Made by a program: the position numbers and the translations under genes
In this document: positions 33,301 to 47,210 of the stretch, one piece after another
Position numbering within the stretch: position 1 is the first letter of the stretch
Layout of the letters: the number at the start of each line of letters is the position of its first letter
Assembly: GCA_048013815.1 (NCBI GenBank)
Contig: CM106585.1
Coordinates: forward strand, 20,150,001 to 20,214,000
Source: Setoptus koraiensis
Taxonomy: Eukaryota; Animalia; Arthropoda
DNA: 64,000 nt
Reading direction: 5' to 3'
Notes under the pieces: generated by a model
Database searches by the model: none
Told to the model about the DNA's origin: nothing
What the model saw: only the letters and a program-made list of their open reading frames with translations

Positions 33301-36300
33301 CAACAACCGACATCACAATGGGTACGATAATGATTTCGGCCTACAGACACATTTATTACGATAAATGTTGCCCGATAAATATATCCCAAGTTGTCCATCG
33401 AATCATGATCGATGACTTAATGATTGAGGCCCTAACAATATTTGAGGCTGCCTAATGTGCAATCTGCGAGCTACCAGTCAGAGAGTGAGAGAGTGGCCCA
33501 GTGAAACAAACCTATTCCTTTGGCCCCGGATAATGCGTTGGCAGTGGGCCGATCATGCAGTCAACAAACTGTACGTCAAATGGCAAGTTATTATTTTCGA
33601 CTCGAACCGACAATGGAACAATCGTGCAAAACTGTATCTCGAATGTAGAGCCTCGAATAATAGGTGAGTGACCGGAGCAAACAGCAAGACCGACGAGTGC
33701 GTATCATGTGACCCATCATTGCTAGCTACGCGCCCAACGGAAGATTGACTTCGGTGACTTGATGCAAGAATAATCGCTGACTTTTTTTCGCTGATTTCCT
33801 ACGCCAATTCCGAGTCTTTTATCATGATAATACTTGCTCTTGCACTACACTAGAGAGTACAAGATGCAAAGGCGAGATGAGTGACGACAATTCAACTATT
33901 GTTGTCATTTTGTATTATGTATTTATTCATGTGCAAATGTTGAGGCTTAGCAAGATTATTCATGTATGAATATTAGGCCCTAGTGACAATTTTTAGTTCT
34001 TTGCGTCGCCTAAATTAGCACCGACCACTCATGCTAGACTTCTTTTCACCGCCACTCACACTAATTTTGTTATTTTAGACTCGGGTTTTATACTTGGCTT
34101 TAGTCGCTTGCTAATCTTGTTTATTTGGTTTGATCTAAATTTTAGATAGCAACACTTGGCGGCAAAAGAAGTAGCGCGCGAAATGACTAACTCTACAACT
34201 AATCATCATCAACTATATAATATCATACACATTTATACATATAGACGCATCGTGTTTAAATCACGTGCGAACTGCTCCGTTCACCCACTTTGTTATTATA
34301 TTAGCCACCAGGCAAATTGCACAACGGGCTGGCCGCATGTACACCAAATGCAAAAGTTCATTAATGTGGATATAGCACCAGAGAGCGAGGGGGCAAAAAG
34401 TCAACTAAACTGTATCATTGGCACCCACCGTCACAGTTATTATCACCCAGCGACATATAGAGAGTGAAAGAGAGAGAGCGGCGCCATCAGCGCCTGGTTA
34501 CCGACAGCAACAAAAGTGGGTCATTTGTTTAAACTATCGGAACTAACTAACGCTGCCATGATAATGGCTCTGCTGGCGGGTCGGCAGACACTAAAGTTAA
34601 GAGTGAAATAGCTCATTTGAATGTAATTACCATCACGTTTCAGCTATATAGACCTCAAGCAAGCTCACTAACGAATATAGTGACCTGTCTATCTTGTCCT
34701 TGGACCTATAATTAGAGGGATCAGTGGATGGGTGAAAATATTCTCTATCTCTATTCAGACACACATTGGTATATATATATATATATATATATACCAAATA
34801 GGCATATGTATAGATATAGGTATAGGCTAATGGCCGCCCGATGCAACTAGAGCGAGACACTGCAAGCTGGAATTGTCCAACTGACAGTTCGCGTCTTGTC
34901 ATTCGGTTTGAAAGTAGCTTGCCAGCAGTTTATAAGTTTATAACGAGCGGCGATCGAATCGCCTCTAGCTAGCCAGTTATTTTATTTTATCAATCTAAAG
35001 TGGCCAGCCAGCCAGTGAGCTAGCGTCTGACAGATGATTGGAGTGTTTGTTTTCCCAGCGTTGTAAGAGGCCCCTCGCTCCCATCGCAAGCCTGCTAAAT
35101 TCAGATACATAGTGCAGAGTGCCACAGAGAGTTATACAATAACTTTAATGTAACTGGCTGGCGGCGGCGGGTGTGTTCACCATCGTGCAATATTACTATC
35201 ACTGGCACTACTTGTAGTCTGTTTGTTTGTTTGTTAATTTATTTGCACTTTCACTTCCTATTAGATGGAGGGCCATTCAGCGGCCGGATCTGATCGGCGA
35301 CTCGATTCTGTTCGAATAGCTCGACTGGCTGGCTGGTCGACTTTGCTGACTAACCACTTGCAACTTTGTGTACAACTTTGCCGATTTTACTTCCCTTAGC
35401 ATAACGGGCCAAATAGATGAACGAGTTGAATGTGGCGCCGCATAGCATTTATTCCAATTCAACCCAGTAGAAAGGAAGAGGAAATTGACTTTGACTGAAC
35501 GGACCCCAAACTTGGCCAAAGTACCGACTGGTTTTGGGCTCAAACATTGTTTGCTTTCAGGCTTTCAGGCTTTCAGGCTCTCTGGCTCCCTGGGCCCCCG
35601 GGCCTCCGGCTGGTGCTCTGGTGGCGGGCTGACCGTAGCTTAGTGACGGGCGACCCTCGGGACGCTGACAGGCTCAAAGAAACCGCTGAGTTGGCCGGTG
35701 CTGCAGAGCCAGCTATTTGGCGTCAGTTGATTCAATCAAATAACTTGGTGGCGTGACAGAGACGAATATGAGACGAAACAGCGCCAACGTGTTTATCATA
35801 TGCCATTACATAATAGCACACACACACACATTAGTCGACTGAATTGGCCCACCATAAATCGTTTGTTTGTTTAGCCGGTCAATCCAGTGTGTTGGTGGCT
35901 GTCTAATCTTTGCAATTGTCCTAGAGGGGGCCCAGAGAATAATAGATTGAATCCATCTAAATTCTTCAATGCCAATTACTGGACGCCTCTGTTTGTCGGC
36001 TCAACCTAATTGACAGCCAACAGCGACGCTGGCGGACACAGCCAGTACCTATTATTATTATCCATTGCTCACTGTGTTTGAGTTAATATCCGACCAACCA
36101 ACAACATCGACAACATCATTGCATGTCGGCTGTTACAATAATACAACACGCGCTGTGACAACTACTGCGCGATAGAGATATCGACACAAGAGTCGCAAGA
36201 GATTAGTATGCAAATGGCCCACGTTTATGCATACGTTCTTGGGCATGAGCAAGCGGCCATCCGACTGGCAACGGGCCGGCCAAATGCAATATCGCAATGT

Positions 36301-39300
36301 CGCATAGCAGATTTGCGGGTGGCTAGATCGACACGGTGCGGTGGTTGCGACAAACAAACAAGTGAACTGAATCGCACGGACACTGAACAACAGCGACAAC
36401 AACTCCGTGGCGACGAGTAACAAGCTCTCTCACCTCCTCAATCTTTGGGCCTGGCGCGAATCGCATTGACAACAGCACACAAAGTCTTAATGTTGCCCCC
36501 CCCCCACGCTACACTGACTGATTTGCTCTGACACCAACTTTAAATGGCTCGCCAAACTGTCGCTATGTCCCCGAGACCATCGAGATTGTCAAGTGTGATA
36601 AGCGAGCGAGAGAGCGAACCATTTGCGAGTTGCGAGCAGCGCATAGGGTCGCTCGCTAACGGCGCGCTTACATGGGCGCCGGCTGATCGGTTGTCGTCGG
36701 CATTCGTAGGTGATGGTATTGATAAAATACTGGCCTGTTTCGTTCGTAAATAATATTGTCAGCGAGGCTCTTATTTTTGCACTATTGTCGTCTTGTTCTG
36801 GCCGCCACGAAACGACACTTTGCACCGCGCAGTTATATCTATATTATTGATCTTGGTGCTTACGGTCAAATGATTTTATATTTGCACTGCTCTTGAGCTG
36901 GCAATTTTGCGCAAACATTCGCCTCTGTTTCGCGAGCGACTCGAAGCTACTTGAGGCCGGTCGGACCGAAACGGAGCGGGACAATTCAGTGTTCACATAG
37001 ACTCTTTTGCGGGGCGACTGCCTGCGCGAAATGCCAAGATAAGACTGCTGATTATTAATAGGCGCCAATGTTTTTGCTCTATTTATCACCTTGCGATGGA
37101 GAGCGGGGGCACCCACTTGAGACGTTCGGCAAGAACGCATTGTAAATCAAGCAAGCCATTAGCGCGCCGCTCACTTTAAATTGAAACAACTTTCCCAACA
37201 AGCCGCTGACAGCCGCTGCAAGCCATTGCATTAGCCAGACTGCATTTAGCCGGTTTTGGCTGGTTTTAGCTGGCTTTGGCTGGGGCCGCGTCGAGCTGAT
37301 GATTGCACCGGCAGCTGACTTGGGCCAGTCCAATATTGGATTGTTTTTGTTCGTTTCCAGTCATTTTGTCCCAATGTCCGACGGTAATTGGGAGCCATAA
37401 TCCGACGCGTGCTGCCGTGACACACTGTTACTATTGTTTCTTGCTACCTCTGCCGCTAATTCAATTCTTATCCGTTGAAAGCGAGAACGTTCGACGGATA
37501 TAGCAATGAGAGCCATTCTATAGTGAGAGAGTTAGCTGACAACCGCGTTGCAACATTGCCAAAAAACAGACACTGGCCAAGAGCGTAAACAGATAAAATT
37601 GTCAAAAAGAGGGCACCTAGATTGCTGGCGAAAAGCATTCGCTTGCACCTCCATGGTTTTATGGCTAACTGAATTACTTACCCGACAAGCATCTTTTAAC
37701 CTGTCTCTCTCTCTATATATATATATATAACTGTTCTGTATTTGTCCGCTTTTTAGTATTTCCCATTCACGAGCCGCTGTACGAGGCCTGGAGAAAAGTG
37801 CTCAATGTGCAAGTGACCACCACAGAGGAATATCCACATTTGAGGCCGGCCAAATTGAGAAGGGGCTTCATTTACAAGGACATAATGGTGAGTTTCAACA
37901 CATGGGGGGTGCCGGCAACACGGCACATATATCAGCAAACATATAGCGGCAAACATATAGCACCAAACATATAACACCAAACATACAGCGCAACGGGGAA
38001 CGGAAATCAATTTGGGTCGGGCGTCCGCCCGGCAGCGCCGCGGCTCCGCCAGTCGACCCGTTGTCTGTTGGCGGCTCTAATTGTGGCTAGACACGACACT
38101 GTATCTGTCTAGACAAACAAAGAGCCTGTTAGTCGCTATCGACAGAGCCAATCAACAAATGGTGCCTTATGATTGATAGTGTTGCACACAATGGCGGCCG
38201 CAACAACCGCACAAACAGCGCCAACTACAACAACAGATATCGTGGCCGACGGAACGCAGTATCGAGTCACATGTCACAACGGTCACCAATAAATATCTCA
38301 CTCACACAATGTGAGATCGACGCCCAAAAATGACAACGAATTCAACACAAACACACATTATGCACGCTCGTATTGCGCAAGCCGCCAGTGTCCAGTTGTG
38401 TCCGATCGAGCCGGTTGGAGCAGGTTGTTTGCTGTTGTTGCTGTTGTTGCTGTATTTATCAAACGGTCAAAACTAGATCACGCGCTATGAGCAACAACGT
38501 GCCGGTCGAATCGCTACAATCACAGATAAACTAATGTTATCGGCGCCATGATGCCACAACTACCATTGCCGAGCACACCTACAAACAAAAGATAAATCGC
38601 GATTATTCCGTGTGCGACAATTCTACATCGGTCGTTGTTGTTAATGATGAGGTTTCACACAACCACAGATGACGACTGCAGATAAGATGGCCACATTGTT
38701 GTTACGGCGGATCTTTGCTGTTGTTCACCTTTGTCACTCGTTCTCGTCGCAACACGGTCACAATGGCTTGTGGTCAGCAACAGATAATGCGGGCCCCAGT
38801 CGCAGCGAATGGCCCAAACAAACAGCATCATTGGCACTAATGTTGTTATCATCGTTGTTTTTGTCGCTATCCACTATCACTAACATGACAACAAAACAAA
38901 CACACAATCTAGGTGCTGCCCAGACAAACTTGCGGACTTTACACCCACACCATATTCATGGATAAATATCCTGGCGGCAAACAAAAGTTGGACGCCAGCA
39001 TTCAAGGGGGCGAACTATTTCAGACAATTCTGCACAATCCAGTGAGTATTCTGCCTTTTATTTTCTTATTTCTACTTTTGTTTCTGGCGACGCAAAATAA
39101 ACGCGCGTGACAGACCAAGCAAAACTAAAAATGCTCAAAACCTAACTTTGTTTCGTTCCGCCGTATCTCTCGCCCCAATCAATTATAGGTGAGCGTATTC
39201 ATGACGCATCTCTCAAATTATGGCAACGATCGTTTGGCTTTGTACACCTTTTCGTCGCTGATAAATTTCATAATGAAATGGACAAATATCAATCTGAGAT

Positions 39301-40839
39301 CCAGCTCAAATCCCATGGACTTGGCCAAATATTACTTTGCGTCGCGCCCCGACGAGGTGGACCCCATCTGGTCGGTGCGTATCAAGCCTATTAAGGCGCT
39401 ATCTATCTTTATAAGATAGATAAGTATCTTTTGACAACATAACTCACATATTCGCCCCTCTGATCTGATTGTTCGAATCACGCAGAATCCATGCCACGAC
39501 AAGAGGCACGTCAGTATATGGAACAGGGGAGAGAAATGGTGCAAACGGGACAGATTGCCCCGATTTTTGATTGTGGGACCCCAGAAGACAGGAACAACGG
39601 CCTTGCATACATTCCTACAATTAGTGCCCAATCTGAAGACCAGCCGAGTCGACAAGACCACCACATTTGAGGAGCCGCAATTCTTCAATTCGAGAAACTA
39701 TCTTCGCGGACTCGATTGGTACATAGATCTATTCACTGCCGCCGCCCATGACAGTAATAATGATGTTAATAATAGTAACAATACCAATGACAATAACAAT
39801 GAGACCAGTAGAGCGACATGGCCAGGTAATCATGATAATAATAATAATAACAATAATTCTGACACGCCAGAGAGCGATAATAGTTTTTCCACTGCTGGCA
39901 GCCATGATGATAGTTATTATTTTGAGAAGAGCGCAACCTATTTTGATGATGCCTCTGTGCCCAGGAGAGCCTTTGCCTTGCTGCCCAAGGGAAAAATTGT
40001 CATAATGTTAATTAGTCCAATAGACAGGGCCTATTCATGGTATCAGCACATGCGGGCCCACGGTGATAAAATAGCCGCAATGTTCACATTTTACCAGATA
40101 ATAACGGCAACGGACAGTAGGGCCCCCAAGAGATTGTTGCAACTTCGCAGTAGATGTCTCACGCCCGGCCATTATGCCCAACATCTGCAACGCTGGCTGG
40201 CCTATTATCCGGCCGAACAGGTAATTTATGCCACACTAAACTAACTAATGTGAGCATCACATTTGACTGGCTTAATTGTTTCTTTATCTGACGAGATTTG
40301 TGCTTTATGTTCTGACTTTTCGTTACAATGTGTCCAACTAGGTGATTGTGATCGACGGACACTGGTTCAGACAAAACCCCAGCTCGGTTATTAATAGACT
40401 CTTGGCCATAGTCAATATACCACCAGTGATAGATTTCAACAAACTGTTAGTTTTTGACAAGAAAAAAGGATTCTTTTGTCAGGCAATTCAGGATCAGGAC
40501 AACAACACGAACGTATCCCGCTCTGATTTGGATAGAAAGCACCGGCGCCACCACGACCACCGGAAGGAAAGTGGACAAGATAAGTCCGTGAATGAAAGGA
40601 ACGACGCAGCTGATGAGACTCCTCAACACGCCAGCCACAAACGAGCCAATCACCCTATTACTCTGACTAAATGTCTGGGCAAGAGCAAAGGGCGCAAATA
40701 TCCACCGATGGATGCGGAATCCAGATTTTATCTCAGGCGTTACTATATGGCACACAATAGGCAATTGGCCAACTTGTTGTCTAACGAATTGAAGCAACCG
40801 CTGCCCAATTGGCTCGAGGACGAGATATCGTTTGGTTGA
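30372..40839 (+). CDS. NDST: Heparan sulfate N-deacetylase/N-sulfotransferase (sulfateless); exons 30372-32727, 37757-37887, 38913-39041, 39189-39374, 39486-40220, 40342-40839; ~1344 aa
   Basis: Type II TM; [24 protein letters not shown]|[74 protein letters not shown]; all five introns GT-AG with consistent phase (5029, 1025, 147, 111, 121 nt). Confidence 0.95.
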
Positions 40840-40864
40840 TAAAATTATTATTATTACTCATGTC

Positions 40865-41160
40865 TTATTTTGCACAGTTTTCGACACAACAATCTGGTAT
40901 TTGTGAAACTTTGATACTGCCAAGAATAAACAACTCGATGAATGATATTATCCATCGCCAACCATAACAGATAAACAGGAATCGCCATTTTATTCGCCTT
41001 TTGTTGCCCTTTGAGGCACCATTTAGGGCCGCCAGATGTCGCCGCTCTCGGAGCTGCTCCCAGAGGGTCCCCAGCGCCGTTTTATAGGCCAGTGTGTCTG
41101 GGTGTCTTGCCACAACAATAGCTAGTGCGTTTGAAAGGAAAGTTTTGCAGAGAATGGGTC
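40865..41160 (-). CDS. Candidate terminal exon of an unidentified gene convergent with NDST
   Basis: Acceptor-like CCCTGTCAG|GACCC at 41161, 98 open codons with hydrophobic C-terminal stretch, stop 25 bp from the NDST stop. No homology recognised. Confidence 0.25.
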
Positions 41161-41820
41161 CTGACAGGGACGACATATGATAGTGAAATGGCGGAAAATG
41201 GTATCATTTTGTAGTTGTTGGCGCTGGAGTGTTTATATTGTCGGTTGTTGGGTTGGGTCGCGCAAGAAGTTGGCGGCCCGACAATCGCCGGCAAGCCGCT
41301 AATATCTCTACACCAATAATATCTTTGTTGCATGTGCGAATGTGTGTGCGTAATGGGTCAAATCATTGGTGATAAGTAGTATCTCTGCTCAAGGTGACTC
41401 AACTATTAAATTGTTGGCCGATGGCTTGTTTTATCATTTCAATTTATCTGGCGGGGCCAGCGAAGGAGCTGGCAGCCGAGCGCTGGCGTGGGCCCGGCGC
41501 CAGTGAGATGAATTAAAAAGATTAAAGTCAAACTGCATTGCAACAAAGTGTCACAGTTTATTCCTGTCTGTCTGTCTGTTACCAGCGCTTGCCTGGTGCC
41601 CTTCCGATATGTTGCACGGTGTTGTGCCAGTTTATATCCAGACATTTAGATAGACACACTGTGAGAATTTACCATTAAACGCGTGCTTGCACGAGCAGTT
41701 CATTCCTTTGAATAGACTCATAGTCTCGGCTCTCTCTTGTGTCCGATCGCATTGAATTTGAAATAGTTTTCACAGCTCAATCCGTTGCTGCATCAGGCCT
41801 CTTTTCGCACGTTACAAATA

Positions 41821-41880
41821 GCCGATACATGAGCCGATATATGAGCCGATATATCGGCCGATATGTCGGCCGATTTTCTA
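41821..41880. repeat. 12-mer minisatellite GCCGATA(C/T)(A/G)T.. x5
   Basis: Directly visible; partly palindromic (GCCGATATATCGGC). Confidence 0.85.
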
Positions 41881-43648
41881 GCCGAGCCGGGGCCTGATCC
41901 GATGGGGCTCGCTGCGGCGACTTTGCACCGAGAGGCACGCGCTTCTCGCGCTGCGCAAGACTCTCTGGGCCTCACAGTCTGAGGCCTTCGCAGGTCCGAC
42001 CGATCGTCAATCATTTTAGCCTGGCAGCCATTTAGCTGGACACATACGGCACAACAGCTCTGGCTGGGCTAGGCCGGGCCGGCTGCGAGCAATGGGAGCC
42101 GCTTGGCTCCCTTGAGTGGACTTTTGATTTGTGTTGTTGCCGGGTTGTTGTTTGGTGTTTGCTGCTGTGGTTGCCGCCGGGCCCCTCCTCGGGCCCCATT
42201 AAGAATCCCCGCAAGAGGGGGAGAGAGATATATGTGTGTGTGTTGTTGGTGGTATTTCAAATTTCAAACAAGAACGAACAAATGAAAACAATCGCGCTCA
42301 GTTTGCTTTGAGCTAAATGAAAAGGACTTTTCTTTGCGTCTCTCTTTCTGGTCGTTGGCCGGCCGGTCCAACACAAACAGCCGAAACCCCTAGACCACTG
42401 AAACCAATATCAGGCTCGATATCGGCAGCAACAACAGCGCGCCAACAACAGAGGCACTTTTATCCCAAATCCTAATGATCATTATATATTCGCTCCTTCT
42501 TTCGGCCGCCAGGGCTATATTTCACCCTGTCCACTCTGTTTATTATGTCCACTGGCGTGTCGTTGTCGTCGTTGTTGTCGTTGTTGTTGTCGTTGTTGTT
42601 GTCGTTGTTGCTGTTTGTAGTTGGCTGGAGAGCGGGCCCCAAACACGCACAAAGTGCGCGAGCCACTCGAATGTATGATTTTTATCTCTGCCCGATTGGT
42701 TCAAGTTTTATCTGTCGTTGTCGGCTTGTTTGGTTCGCTTGTGTGTATCGGCCTTGGTTGTCGCGCTCGTCGAATCATCGGGGGCCACCCGATATTGCAT
42801 AATAGGCAAGCCGGCGAGAGGGGCTCGTCGCTGGGCTGGCCATGGCGGCCATTGGCAGCCATGGCGGTCAGTTTGGCCAGACAGACCAAACTGAAACTGA
42901 AACTGAAATTGAAACAGGCAAAGACACAGTGTACACAGTGTCTGTTTGCCAAGACACAACCCAATCGGTCACTAATGGCTTACAGTAGGTCAATTTCAGT
43001 TGCACATGCCGATACATATCCCGTGGCATATATAATACCATATAAATACCATATATATGGTATTTATATGGTATGGTTGCTGTAGCGGTGGCGCCCCCTG
43101 ACTAATTGAGCGCAACCATTATTATGTAACGGTCGGCCTAACCTAAATTGCAACATAATATAATAATATTAGTATTATATAATACACACAACAATGATAA
43201 TAACAACACAACAACTAGCAATGTTTAATGAGCTGTGGTGTGTGTGTGCCACTGCTGCGAGGCCAGGGGCCTCTCTGGCCACTGGCGCCAAGACGATCGG
43301 CCGGCCGAATCGGCGGGCTATTTACTTTTTATCGGGCTTGCTCCGATCAGCTGTGTGGCTGTACAGCCAAAATTTGCATCGTTGTTTGCTCGTTGTTGTT
43401 GTTTGCATAAATGTAATTGATGTGTGTTTATGTTGTACTTTATTGCGCCCCAGAGTTTATTGGGCCCCAACCAAACACTGTACTACAGTGACTGTAGTGA
43501 TATGAGAAGTAATGGCTCGCCGAAACGAGATGAGCCGGGCCGGGCCGGGCCCCAAAAACACTCTCAGGGTCAATATTTGCCCTGGGTGCTGCTGGCCTCA
43601 TGCGCGCTCATTACTGTTATTAAACTGGGCGCCGTTTATTGGTACGTG

Positions 43649-43649
<1 letters not shown>

Positions 43650-43691
<42 letters not shown>
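43650..43691. repeat. (CA)~21 microsatellite
   Basis: Directly visible. Confidence 0.95.
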
Positions 43692-43692
<1 letters not shown>

Positions 43693-46600
43693 CACATTGA
43701 TATTGATTGAGTGGCTTGCCAAAACTATTAGTTACTGCGGGCCGCTGCCAGCAAGTGCCAATGGCGAGGCAAGCATGTCTTTTTGTATTATGTGTATTAC
43801 ATAATAGGCGCCACTACTACTACTATTAATTGGCTTGCCAAGCGACAGACAAATGACAACAATAAAAAAATCTTTTTCTCCTTTGCGAGCTCGCCACTAT
43901 GGGCGCCCCAAACGCGGCGCCGTTTGGGGCCAGGATGTAGTCATTGTATCAAGGACACGAGTTGCGAGTTTCAATTAGTTTGATGGATTTTCAATGATGC
44001 CGCTGCATCGCGCCCTCTACTCTCTATACTCTATATGTATGTACAGTATATTTGGCCCCCACACTAACCATACAAGTTTATATATGCCCGCAAATATCTA
44101 GTGTCGGATGCGAATTTGCCAGAGCATTGTCAGAATGGGCTGCTGCAACTCGGTTGGCAGCTAGCGCAAACAAACTGTCTGCTGTTATTGCGAGCACAAT
44201 CGCTTAGCAATATCAATCAGTTGGCGGCAAACAAATTGCAATTTCATTTTAATTGTGATCACCACTCCACTTAGCCCTCAATGGACTCTATTGTTTTTTG
44301 GCGCTGTGTTGCCCCGAGCCATTTAATGCCAGTGTCCGGCATGTAAGCGGCCCCCACCCACACACTAATTGTTTGCGCAAAACAAAAATGTTTTTCGCGC
44401 CAATCACAACGCGCCGCACATTGAGGCCCATTGAATAGACATTGCAATTGAGTCAGTTGACAAAAACAAAGCCAGGCCTGTCACGCTGATCCGTCAGCTA
44501 GTCCGCTGTGTCGTCGCCTGTCGGGGCCCCGCCGAGCGGAGGCCAAACAATCGCACCGGCCGCACATCGAGGCGCCGACGTATCGGATATCTGGCCGCCA
44601 GATTCTGGCGGACATGTTTGCAACATTTGCGCGCCTGGCGCCGGCAAAAGCGCCGGTGTTCGCGAACCCACGCCTCGTGGGCCACGGGGCGCTCGCGCAA
44701 ACCGGGCGGATCGGTCCGCTTGCGGATCCGACCGGCTTGCGGGCTGCCGAGTGGAGCCCGGTCGCGTATTCTTTTGCCCGCGTCGCTAGCCGATTGCCGC
44801 CGAGCCGGCGGTCGCCGATCTTGGCGAATTTGTCGCCAGTGGGTGGCCGGCAAGTTGCCCACGAGGTCTTAATTTATCGCGCACAATGGCAGTTGCTCGC
44901 GGGCGGCCAATAAATTAACATGCCAGCGGGTGGGCGAACGGCGCCCAAAAATATGATAATCACGATAATGATTGTGGGCCCACCAATTTGGCGCCCCGAT
45001 CGCGCCCGCGATCGGTGGCGCGCGTTGCCGCTTGATTAGTCCGGCTTGCTTGTTACTAACAAGTTGTTAGTTTGGCTGAAAATGGCTGTGCGCCATGATT
45101 CAATTGGGGGCCCCAATTATTCAGGTGGCTGCTGGCGCGAGCCGATAACAAATTGAGGCCCGGCGCGCGTCTTGCCGACAATGTTGTCTTGTTGACGAGA
45201 TTTGCCAATGAGCGCGTTGCTGGCGGCTGTTGTTGTTCACGAAGGGGCGACATTCGCGACTCGAGAGTCGCGACTCGCGGGAGCTTGGGCCGAGCCGGCG
45301 ACGACGGCGCCAATCAGTGGCGCTGCCCCCTAATGACATCAGCGTGTCGTGCGCCCCAAACGACACAGGCCAACTACAGGCCAATAAATAAATTAATAAT
45401 TTGCGTTTCGTCGTGTGCCACCGCGGCAACCGATGCAAACGGGCCGGCCCGGCCCGGACCGACGAGCCATTTACGCTCAGCTAAACAAATGCGCGCCGCC
45501 GTGAACTATGCCAGCATGTTGGGCGCCCCTTTAAGCATGGGCAAGTTTACATTTGATTAATTTACTCGGTCGCTGGCTCGCCGACACTGTTTATCTCACA
45601 CGTACGACACGTACGCCACGACGGCATAATCTTGTAAGCGGGCCCCACACAATGGGCCGGCGAGCGGCGGCTTGCCGGAATGCCGCCCCAGCGCCACATA
45701 CTGTCTGATTGTTGCGTGTCGCCCTGTTGGCGGTCATTGTTACGCAATAAAACATATGGAAATATGTGTCACTTGCAGTATCTCAATCTGATAGTAGTTG
45801 TCAGCGGCGCCCAGTGTCTACGCGCTTGCCAGTTACACGTGGCAGAGATATATGGGCACGTGATGGCATTGATTTTGCGGGCCGGTCTCGATGTGCGCCC
45901 ATTATGATAATCACCTGCGCCGCCCCTAGCGCCGGCTCAATCTGGCCGGCCTGACTCGAGCCGGCTGCACGGGCCGACGCGCGGGCCCCGGAGCTCGGGC
46001 CCCGGAGCACGGCCGTGTCCGGCCTGACAGTCGCTCGGAAGAAGGTGGCTCGGATTGGCGCGACCCGCGCGCTGGCACGTAGCGCGTGCACCGCTGCGAA
46101 TGCCGTTATCATTATTACCGTGGTCGTCATCGTTATTATTATTATTCTTTTATTTATTATTATTCGGTGTTATCGTCATGGTGGCGGCGACACGTTCGTT
46201 GCCGGCGGCGGCCGTCGCCCGCGAGCCCGCCAGCCGTGCGGGCTAATGGCCGGTAATTTATATTTTTATTTATATTTATGTATCAATATTAATAGAGGCA
46301 CACACCGGCGGCCCGGTTCGGTGCGGTGCGGCCTTATTTGCAAGTTGCAACAACAATGAAAGTTATAGCGACGGCCACCAGACGGGATTGCGCTCGGATG
46401 CGAGACAGGTGAGCGGCTTCGATTTGAAAATATTCGTTTTGAATATGGGCGAAATGGGGCCGCTCTGGTTGGCTGTGTCTATTCAGGGGGCCGCATTAAA
46501 AACGCTTGTCGGCTCGTCGGAACAGTTTCATTTTATCGTAAATAGACCGGCAACAGTGTTGGCTGACGCTGTTAGCTGGTGCGTTTCAGTCAGTCAGCCA

Positions 46601-47101
46601 GCCGGCTATCGCAAACAAGTGCCAGGGTCGTCCATTTAGGGGCCCCATAGGTTGGGTGAGGCACGTGTGGGGCCCGTTTCGGCATCAGTTCGTTATAATC
46701 AGGGCGAGCTGGCTGACTGACTGGCTGGCAAACAAACAAATGAGGCCTTTTTATCTCTGTCTGACAACTGCAACAATAACTGTCGCCGATCGTAGCGCTG
46801 CCTGGGTCGCAAATCGCACCAGCAACCATCCATCCAGCCAGCCAGCCAGCGTGCAAAATAACGCCGGCGCCCCAAGTTGGGACCCCAACAGCCCGACGAC
46901 TGAAACAAAATCACGTCTCGCCATTGTGCCGGCCTCGGCGTCGCCGGCACGCCGAAGTAATCATCTTATGCTAATAGATATACTATATTGGTATGCGCCA
47001 CATAAATATATGTATGTATATACAATTTCGTTACAAGTTGCGCCCCGCGAAAACAGCCACCGCGGCGCCGTGTCGCTACGTTCCGCTTGGCACGGCGCCG
47101 T

Positions 47102-47210
47102 TGGCGCGACCTGGCGACTGGCGGCGTTCGCGAGTCGCGACCTAGCGACTGGCGCGACTCGGGCGACCTAGCGACTGGCGCGACCTAGCGACTCGGGCGA
47201 CCTAGCGACA
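47102..47210. repeat. Degenerate GCGACCTAGCGACT tandem array
   Basis: Repeated gcgacctagcgact(g/c)g units. Confidence 0.8.
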
